Below, piece by piece: positions 36,100 through 47,300 of a stretch of DNA of 64,000 nucleotides (positions are counted from its first letter, which is position 1; each line of letters starts with the position of its first letter). The DNA is from Macrostomum lignano (taxonomy: Eukaryota): the NCBI GenBank assembly GCA_002269645.1, contig NIVC01002626.1, positions 62,001-126,000 on the forward strand. The letters are read 5' to 3'. Position numbers and translations under genes: made by a program. The notes beneath the pieces are model-generated. The model searched no databases and was not told where the DNA came from. It saw only the letters and a list, made by a program, of their open reading frames with translations.

Positions 36100-37560
36100 C
36101 TATCTATACCTGTCTGTCCATTTATACCTGTCTATCTGTCCATCTGTACGTGTCCATGTGTCTCTCTATACCTGTCTTTCTGTCTATCTTTACCTGCCTA
36201 TCTGTCTATCTTTACCTGTCTATCTGTCTATCTTTACCTGTCTATCTGTCTCTCTATTCCTGTCTATCTGTCTATCTTTACCTGCCTATCTGTCTATCTA
36301 TACCTGTCTATCTGTCTATCTTTACCTGCCTATCTGTCTATCTTTACCTGTCTATCTGTCTATCTTTACCTGTCTATCTGTCTATCTATACCTGTCTATC
36401 TGTCTATCTTTACCTGTCTATCTGTCTATCTATACCTGTCTATCTGTCTATCTTTACCTGTCTATCTGTCTATCTATACCTGTCTATCTGTCTATCTTTA
36501 CCTGCCTATCTGTCTATCTTTACCTGTCTATCTGTCTATCTTTACCTGTCTATCTGTCTATCTATACCTGTCTATCTGTCTATCTTTACCTGTCTATCTG
36601 TCTATCTATACCTGTCTATCTGTCTATCTTTACCTGTCTATCTGTCTATCTATACCTGTCTATCTGTCTATCTTTACCTGTCTATCTGTCTATCTATACC
36701 TGTCTATCTGTCTATCTTTACCTGTCTATCTGTCTATCTTTACCTGTCTATCTGTCTATCTTTACCTGTCTATCTGTCTATCTATACCTGTCTATCTGTC
36801 TATCTTTACCTGTCTATCTGTCTATCTATACCTGTCTATCTGTCTATCTTTACCTGCCTATCTGTCTATCTTTACCTGTCTATCTGTCTATCTTTACCTG
36901 TCTATCTGTCTATCTATACCTGTCTATCTGTCTATCTTTACCTGTCTATCTGTCTATCTATACCTGTCTATCTGTCTATCTTTACCTGTCTATCTGTCTA
37001 TCTATACCTGTCTATCTGTCTATCTTTACCTGCCTATCTGTCTATCTTTACCTGTCTATCTGTCTATCTTTACCTGTCTATCTGTCTATCTATACCTGTC
37101 TATCTGTCTATCTTTACCTGTCTATCTGTCTATCTATACCTGTCTATCTGTCTATCTTTACCTGTCTATCTGTCTATCTATACCTGTCTATCTGTCTATC
37201 TTTACCTGTCTATCTGTCTATCTATACCTGTCTATCTGTCTATCTTTACCTGTCTATCTGTCTATCTTTACCTGTCTATCTGTCTATCTTTACCTGTCTA
37301 TCTGTCTATCTATACCTGTCTATCTGTCTATCTTTACCTGTCTATCTGTCTATCTATACCTGTCTATCTGTCTATCTTTACCTGTCTATCTGTCTATCTA
37401 TACCTGTCTATCTGTCTATCTTTACCTGTCTATCTGTCTATCTATACCTGTCTATCTGTCTATCTTTACCTGCCTATCTGTCTATCTATACCTGTCTATC
37501 TGTCTATCTTTACCTGTCTATTTGTCTCTCTATACCTGTCTTTCTGTCTCTCTATACCCT
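36100..37560. repeat. 22-bp minisatellite (CCTGTCTATCTGTCTATCTWTA), ~65 copies, in YME1L intron 5
   Basis: Tandem units with alternating ttta/tata tails. Confidence 0.97.
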
Positions 37561-37662
37561 GTCTGTCTGTCCACCAGTACCTGTCTGTCTGTCCCATTTG
37601 TCTTGTTCATCGTTCATTTATGCCAGTCAACCCCCCTCACTCTGCTCCGCCTCATTCCCCAG

Positions 37663-38103
37663 TACGGCATGAGCGACGGCATCGGCGTTATGACAGTATC
37701 GGCAGAAAATTCTAGTCAGCAGACTCTCGCCCAAGCGGACAGCGAAGTCAAGCGCATCCTCGAGGACAGTCGAGAGCGGGTCCGGCGTCTCGTTCGCGAC
37801 CACCGCCAGGAGCTGGAGCAGCTGACCAACGCTCTGCTGGAGTTCGAGTCTCTGGATTACGACGATATTTTGCGAGTCGTGTCAGGTAAAAAACCGTTTA
37901 AAGTTAACGCTAAGCAGCAATACCAGCAGAAGCTGCTGAAACAGCAGCAACAGCAGCAGCAACAGGAAGGTCGCGACGCTTCCTGGTTGAAAACGCTGCT
38001 TGGAGGCAGCGGTGGCGGCGGTGGCGGCGGCAGCGGCGCTGTCGAAGGAAGCGACACCGGTGCTACAAGCGAAACTGTTAAGCCTCAGTCTCCAAAGATT
38101 TAA
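37663..38103 (+). CDS. YME1L1: YME1L terminal exon 6 (spliced protein ~810 aa)
   Basis: ccccag|YGMSDGIG...DSEVKRILEDSRER...LTNALLEFESLD; polyQ/polyG tail; TAA at 38101-03. The six exons sum to 2433 nt. Confidence 0.95.
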   Translation, partial: YGMSDGIGVMTVSAENSSQQTLAQADSEVKRILEDSRERVRRLVRDHRQELEQLTNALLEFESLDYDDILRVVSGKKPFKVNAKQQYQQKLLKQQQQQQQQEGRDASWLKTLLGGSGGGGGGGSGAVEGSDTGATSETVKPQSPKI

Positions 38104-38214
38104 CTATACCCACCTGCTCGTATTGGTCTGTCTCATTTTTACATTCTTATGCGCTAAAACTTGATGACATTGTTTACATTGCTGAATTCAGTTTTCAGTT
38201 GTTCGATTTTTAGG

Positions 38215-38630
38215 TCATCCGCTCCCTACTCAATCAATCTGCTAAGTAATCCGCTCCCTACCCAATCAATCTGTGCAGTAATCCGCTCCCTATCCAATCA
38301 ATTTGCGTAGTAATCCGCTCCCTACCCAATCAATCTGTTTAGTTAATCAGCCCCTTTCCCACCAATTGGTGTCAGAATCCGCTCCCTACCCAATCAATTT
38401 GCGTAGTAATCCGCTCCCTACCCAATCAATCTGTTTAGTTAATCAGCCCCCTTCCCACCAATTGGTGTCAGAATCCGCTCCCTACCCAATCAATCTTCTA
38501 AGTAATCCGCTCCCTACCCAATCAATCTGTGCAGTAATCCGCTCCCTACCCAATCAATCTTCTAAGTAATCCGCTCCCTACCCAATCAATCTGTGTAGTA
38601 ATCCGCTCCCTACCCAACCAATCTGTTTAG
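38215..38630. repeat. ~32-bp minisatellite (GTAATCCGCTCCCTACCCAATCAATCTGTGCA) with a duplicated ~100-bp block, 3' of YME1L
   Basis: AATCCGCTCCCTACCCAATCAAT recurs about 10 times. AATAAA at 38735 and 38952. Confidence 0.88.
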
Positions 38631-39134
38631 TTGGTAAGTCTGATAAACAGTGAATTATATTTTTGTGGCAAAGTGAACTTACTTAATTTTTTAACTAAGC
38701 CAGTTTGTCCCTGCTTGCGAATCCTGAAAAAAACAATAAAAATGGTGTCATCTTTTTTTCAGTAAGTTTAATTAGCCGAAACTTTAACAGTCTAATTCTT
38801 AGAATGTTTCTATTTTTATCCAGGTCCGCAAAGTACTTTTAACTAGTGTCCGCGTGTTCTTGGTTCAGTTTCAGATGTCTGAGTTGTGGAAAAAATTCTG
38901 CTTCAATGAACCTGCTTTTCTTTGTTCTTTTGTTTCTAAATTCGCGACTTAAATAAAGTTTTCCGTATATCCTGTATTTTTGTCCTAGCAACCGGAGAAC
39001 TCGAATATTGATAGAACTTTACTATCGAGTTATTTGTTGCTAGTCTGTTTTGTAGTGTCATTTGCGTTTATATTGCCGCTCCGTGCATTCTTTGTTGCTT
39101 AATTAATACTTTTACCTTTGCATCTTCTTCCCTA

Positions 39135-40228
39135 CACTGACTCCCTCTTCGACTCTACCTCTCACTCTCTCCCTGACTCCCTCACCGACTCTACCTCTCA
39201 CTCTCCCTGACTCCCTCTCTGACTCTCCCTCTCACTCTCTCCTTGACTCCCTCTCTGACTCTCCCTCTCACTCTCCCTGACTCCCTCTCTGACTCTACCT
39301 CTCACTCTCTCCTTGACTCCCTCACTGACTCTCCCTCTCACTCTCCCTCACTCCCTCTCTGACTCTACCTCTCACTCTCTCCTTGACTCCCTCTCTGACT
39401 CTCCCTCTCACTGTCCCTGACTCCCTCTCTGACTCTACCTCTCACTCTCTCCTTGACTCCCTCTCTGACTCTCCCTCTCACTCTCCCTGACTCCCTCTCT
39501 GACTCTACCTCTCACTCTCTCCTTGACTCCCTCACCGACTCTCCCTCTCACTCTCCCTGACTCCCTCTCTGACTCTACCTCTCACTCTCTCCTTGACTCC
39601 CTCTCTGACTCTCCCTCTCACTCTCCCTGACTCCCTCTCTGACTCTACCTCTCACTCTCTCCTTGACTCCCTCACCGACTCTCCCTCTCACTCTCCCTGA
39701 CTCCCTCTCTGACTCTACCTCTCACTCTCCCTGACTCCCTCTCTGACTCTCCCTCTCACTCTCTCCCTGACTCCCTCTCTGACTCTACCTCTCACTCTCT
39801 CCCTGTCTCCATCCCTGACTCTCCCTGTCTCCATCTCTGACTCTCCCTGTCTCCATCTCTGACTCTCCCTGTCTCCATCTCTGACTCTCCCTGTCTCCAT
39901 CTCTGACTCTACCTCTCACTCTCTCCCTGACTCCCCCTCTGACTCTCCCTGTCTCCATCTCTGACTCTACCTCTCACTCTCTCCCTGACTCCCCCTCTGA
40001 CTCTCCCTGTCTCCATCTCTGACTCTACCTCTCACTCTCTCCCTGACTCCCCCTCTGACTCTCCCTGTCTCCATCTCTGACTCTACCTCTTACTCTCTCA
40101 CTGAGTCCCTCTCTCTCCCTCTCACTCTCTCTTCGACTCTCCCTCTCGAACTCTACCTCTCACTTCCTCTCTGACTCTACCTCTCACTTCCTCTCTGACT
40201 CTCCAGCTCACTTTCCCTGACTTGCTTT

Positions 40229-40290
<62 letters not shown>
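39135..40290. repeat. CT-rich complex minisatellite (~34/36-bp units) ending in (CT)n
   Basis: CTCCCTCTCTGACTCTACCTCTCACTCTCTCCTTGA and variants; (CT)n at ~40235-40288. Confidence 0.93.
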
Positions 40291-40291
<1 letters not shown>

Positions 40292-41047
40292 TCCCTCTCC
40301 AACTCTACCTCTCACCCTCTCCTGACTTCCTCTAATTCTCACACTTCCTCTAATCTTGTGGGTTCCACTGTCTCTCACGGGTCTCACTGAAGCACAACGG
40401 TAATTGTGTTGACTTGTGTTTAACTCGGTCATCTTCCACAATAATTTTCGCTCTAAATTTGAAATCCAGTTAAATAACTAACCACACCGGCCCATCATAT
40501 GTCAAGAGAACTGCTGCCTGAGCTTACGCCCTCCTTTCCCAAATGAAGTATCGGCACCGTGAAGGTATTGTTTAGTTAAAGACAAGAACAATTCGATTCA
40601 AATATTATGCGTTACATTGTGGCGAAAGAAAACTACACACGCAAATAAATGATTAACCTGAGTTATGCTGCTACGTTATTTAACTACTCGTAATTTGAAA
40701 ATCGTTGCATGCTACTATTAGTAGCCGTCTTGTGGCTTATTTAATGCATTCATAATAGAATTTCTACTATATAATGAGCCTAATAAATGACCCGATTTAA
40801 CTGCTATTTTATGAGTATTGTTAGCCGGTAGGTAACAGGTGTGTATCGGGTTTCTGCAGCTCTGTGCACCTTTAGGGCAGCCGTTAAACTTATGCTACAA
40901 TGCTTTAACCGCGTACTACTATTGGTAGTCAATCTGTAATGTAGCTATCATTTTATCCGTCTGGGTTTGCCACCCCTATGATTCTTTTATCTGCGTCATC
41001 ACTGTTATTGATACCTTGATTGCTGCACCGCCACCTTACTTTTAATC

Positions 41048-42410
41048 CCCCACATCTCTCCCCGCTGTCTCCCACATCTCTCCCCCTGCTGTCTCCCACA
41101 TCTCTCCCCCTGCTGTCTCCCACATCTCTCCCCCTGCTGTCTCCCACATCTCTCCCCCTGCTGTCTCCCACATCTCTCCCCCTGCTGTCTCCCACATCTC
41201 CCTGCTATCTCCCACATCTCTCCCCCTGCTGTCTCCCACATCTCTCCCCCTGCTGTCTCCCACATCTCTCCCCCTGCTGTCTCCCACATCTCTCCCCCTG
41301 CTGTGTCCCACATCTCCCCCCCTGCTGTCTCCCACATCTCTCCCCCTGCTGTCTCCCACATCTCCCTGCTATCTCCCACATCTCTCTCCCTGCTGTCTCC
41401 CACATCTCTCCCCCTGCTGTCTCCCACATCTCCCCCTGCTGTCTCCCACATCTCTCCCCCTGCTGTCTCCCACATCTCTCCCCCTGCTGTCTCCCACATC
41501 TCTCCCCCTGCTGTCTCCCACATCTCTCCCCCTGCTGTCTCCCACATCTCTCCCCCTGCTGTCTCCCACATCTCCCTGCTATCTCCCACATCTCTCTCCC
41601 TGCTGTCTCCCACATCTCTGCCCCTGCTGTCTCCCACATCTCTCCCCCTGCTGTCTCCCACATCTCCCTGCTATCTCCCACATCTCTCTCCCTGCTGTCT
41701 CCCACATCTCTCCCCCTGCTGTCTCCCACATCTCCCTGCTATCTCCCACATCTCTCTCCCTGCTGTCTCCCACATCTCTGCCCCTGCTGTCTCCCACATC
41801 TCTCCCCCTGCTGTCTCCCACATCTCCCTGCTATCTCCCACATCTCTCTCCCTGCTGTCTCCCACATCTCTCCCCCTGCTGTCTCCCACATCTCTCCCCC
41901 TGCTGTCTCCCACATCTCTCCCCCTGCTGTCTCCCACATCTCCCTGCTATCTCCCACATCTCTCTCCCTGCTGTCTCCCACATCTCTCCCCCTGCTGTCT
42001 CCCACATCTCCCCCCTGCTGTCTCCCACATCTCTCCCCCTGCTGTCTCCCACATCTCTCCCCCTGCTGTCTCCCACATCTCCCTGCTATCTCCCACATCT
42101 CTCTCCCTGCTGTCTCCCACATCTCTCCCCCTGCTGTCTCCCACATCTCTCCCCCTGCTGTCTCCCACATCTCCCTGCTATCTCCCACATCTCTCTCTCT
42201 GCTGTCTCCCTATACTCTCCCTGCTGTCTCCCACATCTCTCTCCCTGCTGTCTCCCACATCTCTCTCCCTGCTGTCTCCCACATCTCTCCCCCTGCTGTC
42301 TCCCACATCTCTCCCCCTGCTGTCTCCCACATCTCTCCCCCTGCTGTCTCCCACATCTCTCCCCGCTGTCTCACAAATCTGTCCCTGCTGTCTCCCACAT
42401 CTCCTGTCTC
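41048..42410. repeat. 24-bp minisatellite (TGCTGTCTCCCACATCTCTCCCCC) with 20-24 bp variants
   Basis: Units at 41111, 41135, etc. Confidence 0.96.
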
Positions 42411-43024
42411 TATTCACATGTCACTCTCCACATGTCAGTCTTATCACACTCTGTGTTTATCCCCTTTGTCATAAATTCTTTTCTCTAGAAGATTTTCAAG
42501 GTAAATTAGCTATAGAAATGCCTACAGTTATAACATAGGCTTTTTGAGGTCTGTAAGAGCTGTTTTTTGTTTAGCTATTCCGCTTGGTTAGTCAATAAGC
42601 CAACAGTGCATGTTTCTCTGAATTCTTAACACTTTGTTTTATGCAGTCAGTTTGATATTTGATTTTTATGCAAATTTGGATTCTGTCAGTGCCACGTTTG
42701 CCTGGAGGGTCAGTTATGTAGTCAAAATCATCCTGTTGATTTTGTCATTGACTTCTCTTATTGATCGTCTATCGTCACGCAACGCTAGCAGCTTTGGAGT
42801 CATTTGAGGTTGTCATCATCTGTGCTGTTGGCTTGAATGAATTGTTGATTGTGACCTCTTGAGGCAGCAACAGTGTTGAATAGTTGGTCGAGTAAGCTTT
42901 GGCGACATCGGTTCCACAAACAGCGCTGACGACAATCTCGTCATACCGCTGACTCCTAAGCACGTACACTCTGCGTATTGGGGGTTGGCTCTCATGGCTG
43001 TTCATGGTTTGCTGTCGCTGGTAT

Positions 43025-43294
43025 AATATAATGATAATTGATTACACCTGCCTCAATTGGGCCAGATGTGCAACCGTCTGGCTGTTCAGTCCAAGGACTG
43101 GGGAGGGGGGGGTCGCCAGACACCCTCAATTACCCCAGCTAATGCTGGCACCCATTTTACAGCTGGGTGAACTGAAGCAATGCAGAGTTAAGCGTCTTGC
43201 TCAAGGACACAAATTGTTTCGAGTAGGATCGGGAATCGAACCCCCGACCTTCAAGTCGTGAATCCGATGCTCTGACCACTAGGCTGCAACCCCC
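43025..43294 (-). mobile_element. tRNA-derived SINE with CORE-like domain
   Basis: Minus strand: head GGGGTTGCAGCCTAGTGGTCAGAGC (A box)...GGTTCGATTCC (B box), then GTGTCCTTGAGCAAGACGCTTAAC...CCCAGCTGTAAAATGGG, resembling the MIR/CORE consensus as recalled. Confidence 0.8.
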
Positions 43295-44391
43295 TAAGAA
43301 TTTACTTTCGAAAGATGTGCGATATGTACCTTACAAGAAAAGTACCTTAAATGTCTTAGAATTAGTGAATTATATGTAAAACTATGCTTGGATCATGAAA
43401 TGTAATTGTGAGTCCATGCAGTACTCTCTAAGTGCCCAACTTGAGTACGAGTATGCTAAGGTATAATTAGTATTAGTTGCTTTAATTCCTCATTTTCAGT
43501 CGATCCTGAAATAGAGCCAGTCGGGTTCTTAAAACCCCTCTCCACTTGAATAGAGAGGCCTTAATATAGCACAATTTTACCGCGTACTCGAATCTCTTTG
43601 ATAAGCGTAAATCAATTTTCGAATCTATATACCCAGAATCCATGCTGCATAGAGGAACTGCTGCAGTGCAAGCTATTGATATCTTTTATACTCGTAGTTT
43701 CTAAATGACTTTTAAAAAATCTATTATCGATAATCTCTCAATTGTTTGTCAAATTCATCCAGAACAAAAGGTTACTACGCTCGTACATACCCCAGTTGTC
43801 CTTTGACGCAAACGCTCAAAGCAAGAAAAAGTGCAAAATGATGCGTTGCAACGCGTCAGGCGCATCAATTATGTATTCATAAAAACGCATTCCAACCCGT
43901 CGTGGGCCAGGGTAGGCCTATGCATTATCTGGGTCTATTCCGGCAGCAAAAAATGATAATTGTTATTCGCTTTGCCCTTAAGGCAATGGATTTTGCAGAG
44001 ACGCGCTGGCTTCCTGCGCGCCCTCATCGCTCAATAGAGACGGACCCAGCCTATGTGTATATTGGCTTGTTTTACCTGGGCCAAACTTGGCTCATTAGCG
44101 CTGCGCTGCAACGGAACGTTATATTGCTGACAAAACAGCGCCGCCCATTGGGGTATCTGCGTCTGTCATACACTGGACCCCCTGCCAGATGTCTGGCTTC
44201 ACTGACTGTGGTCAAACACCGCATTAGCCTAGTGCAGAGATATTCTGCCTGCTTGTTTTGGCAAACTGAATTGCAGCACCTGCGAATTTTTGGTGGCTAG
44301 TTTGTCGGACAAACAACAGAGATCTCTGTGCTGGATTAGGGCTGCCGGGACAGTGCGAATGTTTCAATTTTTTCATACTGTGCGGTACTTC

Positions 44392-47300
44392 AGACACTGG
44401 AGTGAGTAGGAGACAGTTGGAGTGAGTAGGAGACAGTTGGAGTGAGTAGGAGACAGTTGGAGTGAGTAGGAGACAGTTGGAGTGAGTAGGAGACAGTTGG
44501 AGTGAGTAGGAGACAGTTGGAGTGAGTAGAAGACAGTTGGAGTGAGTGGGAGACAGTTGGAGTGAGTAGGAGACAGTTGGAGTGAGTAGGAGACAGTTGG
44601 AGTGAGTAGAAGACACTAGAGTGAGTAGAAGACACTGGAGTGAGTAGGAGACAGTTGGAGTGAGTAGGAGACAGTTGGAGTGAGTAGGAGACAGTTGGAG
44701 TGAGTAGAAGACACTGGAGTGATTAGAAGACAGTTGAGTGAGTAGGAGACAGTTGGAGTGAGTAGAAGACACTGGAGTGAGTAGAAGACACTGGAGTGAG
44801 TAGGAGACAGTTGGAGTGAGTAGGAGACAGTTGGAGTGAGTAGGAGACAGTTGGAGTGAGTAGGAGACAGTTGGAGTGAGTAGGAGACAGTTGGAGTGAG
44901 TAGGAGACAGTTGGAGTGAGTAGGAGACAGTTGGAGTGAGTAGGAGACAGTTGGAGTGAGTAGGAGACAGTTGGAGTGAGTAGGAGACAGTTGGAGTGAG
45001 TAGGAGACAGTTGGAGTGAGTAGAAGACAGTTGGAGTGAGTAGAAGACAGTTGGAGTGAGTAGGAGACAGTTGGAGTGAGTAGAAGACACTGGAGTGAGT
45101 AGAAGACACTGGAGTGATTAGAAGACAGTTGAGTGAGTAGAAGACAGTTGGGGTGATTAGGAGACACTGGAGTGAGTAGAAGACAGTTGAGTGAGTAGGA
45201 GACAGTTGTAGTGAGTAGGAGACAGTTGGAGTGAGTAGGAGACAGTTGGAGTGAGTAGGAGACAGTTGGAGTGAGTAGGAGACAGTTGAGTGAGTAGGAG
45301 ACAGTTGGAGTGAGTAGAAGACACTGGAGTGAGTAGAAGACACTGGAGTGAGTAGGAGACAGTTGGAGTGAGTAGGAGACAGTTGGAGTGAGTAGGAGAC
45401 AGTTGTAGTGAGTAGGAGACAGTTGGAGTGAGTAGAAGACAGTTGGAGTGAGTAGGAGACAGTTGGAGTGAGTAGAAGACAGTTGGAGTGAGTAGGAGAC
45501 AGTTGGAGTGAGTAGAAGACACTGGAGTGAGTAGAAGACACTGGAGTGATTAGAAGACAGTTGAGTGAGTAGAAGACAGTTGGGGTGATTAGGAGACAGT
45601 TGGAGTGAGTAGGAGACAGTTGGAGTGAGTAGGAGGCAGTTGGAGTGAGTAGGAGACAGTTGGAGTGAGTAGAAGACAGTTAAGTGAGTAGGAGGCACTA
45701 AGGTGAGTAGAAGACACTGGAGTGATTAGAAGACAGTTGGAGTGAGTAGGAGACAGTTGGAGTGAGTAGGAGACAGTTGGAGTGAGTAGGAGACAGTTGG
45801 AGTGAGTAGGAGACAGTTGGAGTGAGTAGGAGACAGTTGGAGTGAGTAGGAGACAGTTGGAGTGAGTAGGAGACAGTTGGAGTGAGTAGGAGACAGTTGG
45901 AGTGAGTAGGAGACAGTTGGAGTGAGTAGGAGACAGTTGGAGTGAGTAGGAGACAGTTTGAGTGAGTAGGAGACAGTTGGAGTGAGTAGGAGACAGTTGG
46001 AGTGAATAGGAGACAGTTGGAGTGAGTAGGAGACAGTTGGAGTGAATAGGAGACAGTTGGAGTGAGTAGGAGACAGTTGGAGTGAGTAGGAGACAGTTGG
46101 AGTGAGTAGGAGACAGTTGGAGTGAGTAGAAGACAGTTGGAGTGAGTGGAGACAGTTGGAGTGAGTAGGAGACAGTTGGAGTGAGTAGGAGACAGTTGGA
46201 GTGAGTAGAAGACACTAGAGTGAGTAGAAGACACTGGAGTGAGTAGGAGACAGTTGGAGTGAGTAGGAGACAGTTGGAGTGAGTAGGAGACAGTTGGAGT
46301 GAGTAGAAGACACTGGAGTGATTAGAAGACAGTTGAGTGAGTAGGAGACAGTTGGAGTGAGTAGAAGACACTGGAGTGAGTAGAAGACACTGGAGTGAGT
46401 AGGAGACAGTTGGAGTGAGTAGGAGACAGTTGGAGTGAGTAGGAGACAGTTGGAGTGAGTAGGAGACAGTTGGAGTGAGTAGGAGACAGTTGGAGTGAGT
46501 AGGAGACAGTTGGAGTGAGTAGGAGACAGTTGGAGTGAGTAGGAGACAGTTGGAGTGAGTAGGAGACAGTTGGAGTGAGTAGGAGACAGTTGGAGTGAGT
46601 AGGAGACAGTTGGAGTGAGTAGAAGACAGTTGGAGTGAGTAGAAGACAGTTGGAGTGAGTAGGAGACAGTTGGAGTGAGTAGAAGACACTGGAGTGAGTA
46701 GAAGACACTGGAGTGATTAGAAGACAGTTGAGTGAGTAGAAGACAGTTGGGGTGATTAGGAGACACTGGAGTGAGTAGAAGACAGTTGAGTGAGTAGGAG
46801 ACAGTTGTAGTGAGTAGGAGACAGTTGGAGTGAGTAGGAGACAGTTGGAGTGAGTAGGAGACAGTTGGAGTGAGTAGAAGACAGTTGAGTGAGTAGGAGA
46901 CAGTTGGAGTGAGTAGAAGACACTGGAGTGAGTAGAAGACACTGGAGTGAGTAGGAGACAGTTGGAGTGAGTAGGAGACAGTTGGAGTGAGTAGGAGACA
47001 GTTGTAGTGAGTAGGAGACAGTTGGAGTGAGTAGAAGACAGTTGGAGTGAGTAGGAGACAGTTGGAGTGAGTAGAAGACAGTTGGAGTGAGTAGGAGACA
47101 GTTGGAGTGAGTAGAAGACACTGGAGTGAGTAGAAGACACTGGAGTGATTAGAAGACAGTTGAGTGAGTAGAAGACAGTTGGGGTGATTAGGAGACAGTT
47201 GGAGTGAGTAGGAGACAGTTGGAGTGAGTAGGAGACAGTTGGAGTGAGTAGGAGACAGTTGGAGTGAGTAGGAGACAGTTGGAGTGAGTAGGAGACAGTT

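Noticed and set aside
35635-38103. 822-aa single-exon ORF
   Set aside because: Canonical donor (35974) and acceptor (37662) remove the repeat and rejoin conserved M41 sequence (MVEK|YGMS); kept only as an intron-retention hypothesis.
41005-42538. Overlapping repeat ORFs on both strands (also 5932-6423, 4109-4584, 9067-9321, 39715-39900)
   Set aside because: Translations of minisatellites and microsatellites.
43222-43294. Functional tRNA gene (CAC anticodon loop)
   Set aside because: Acceptor, anticodon and T stems pair poorly, and the sequence runs straight into a CORE-like domain; it is a SINE head.
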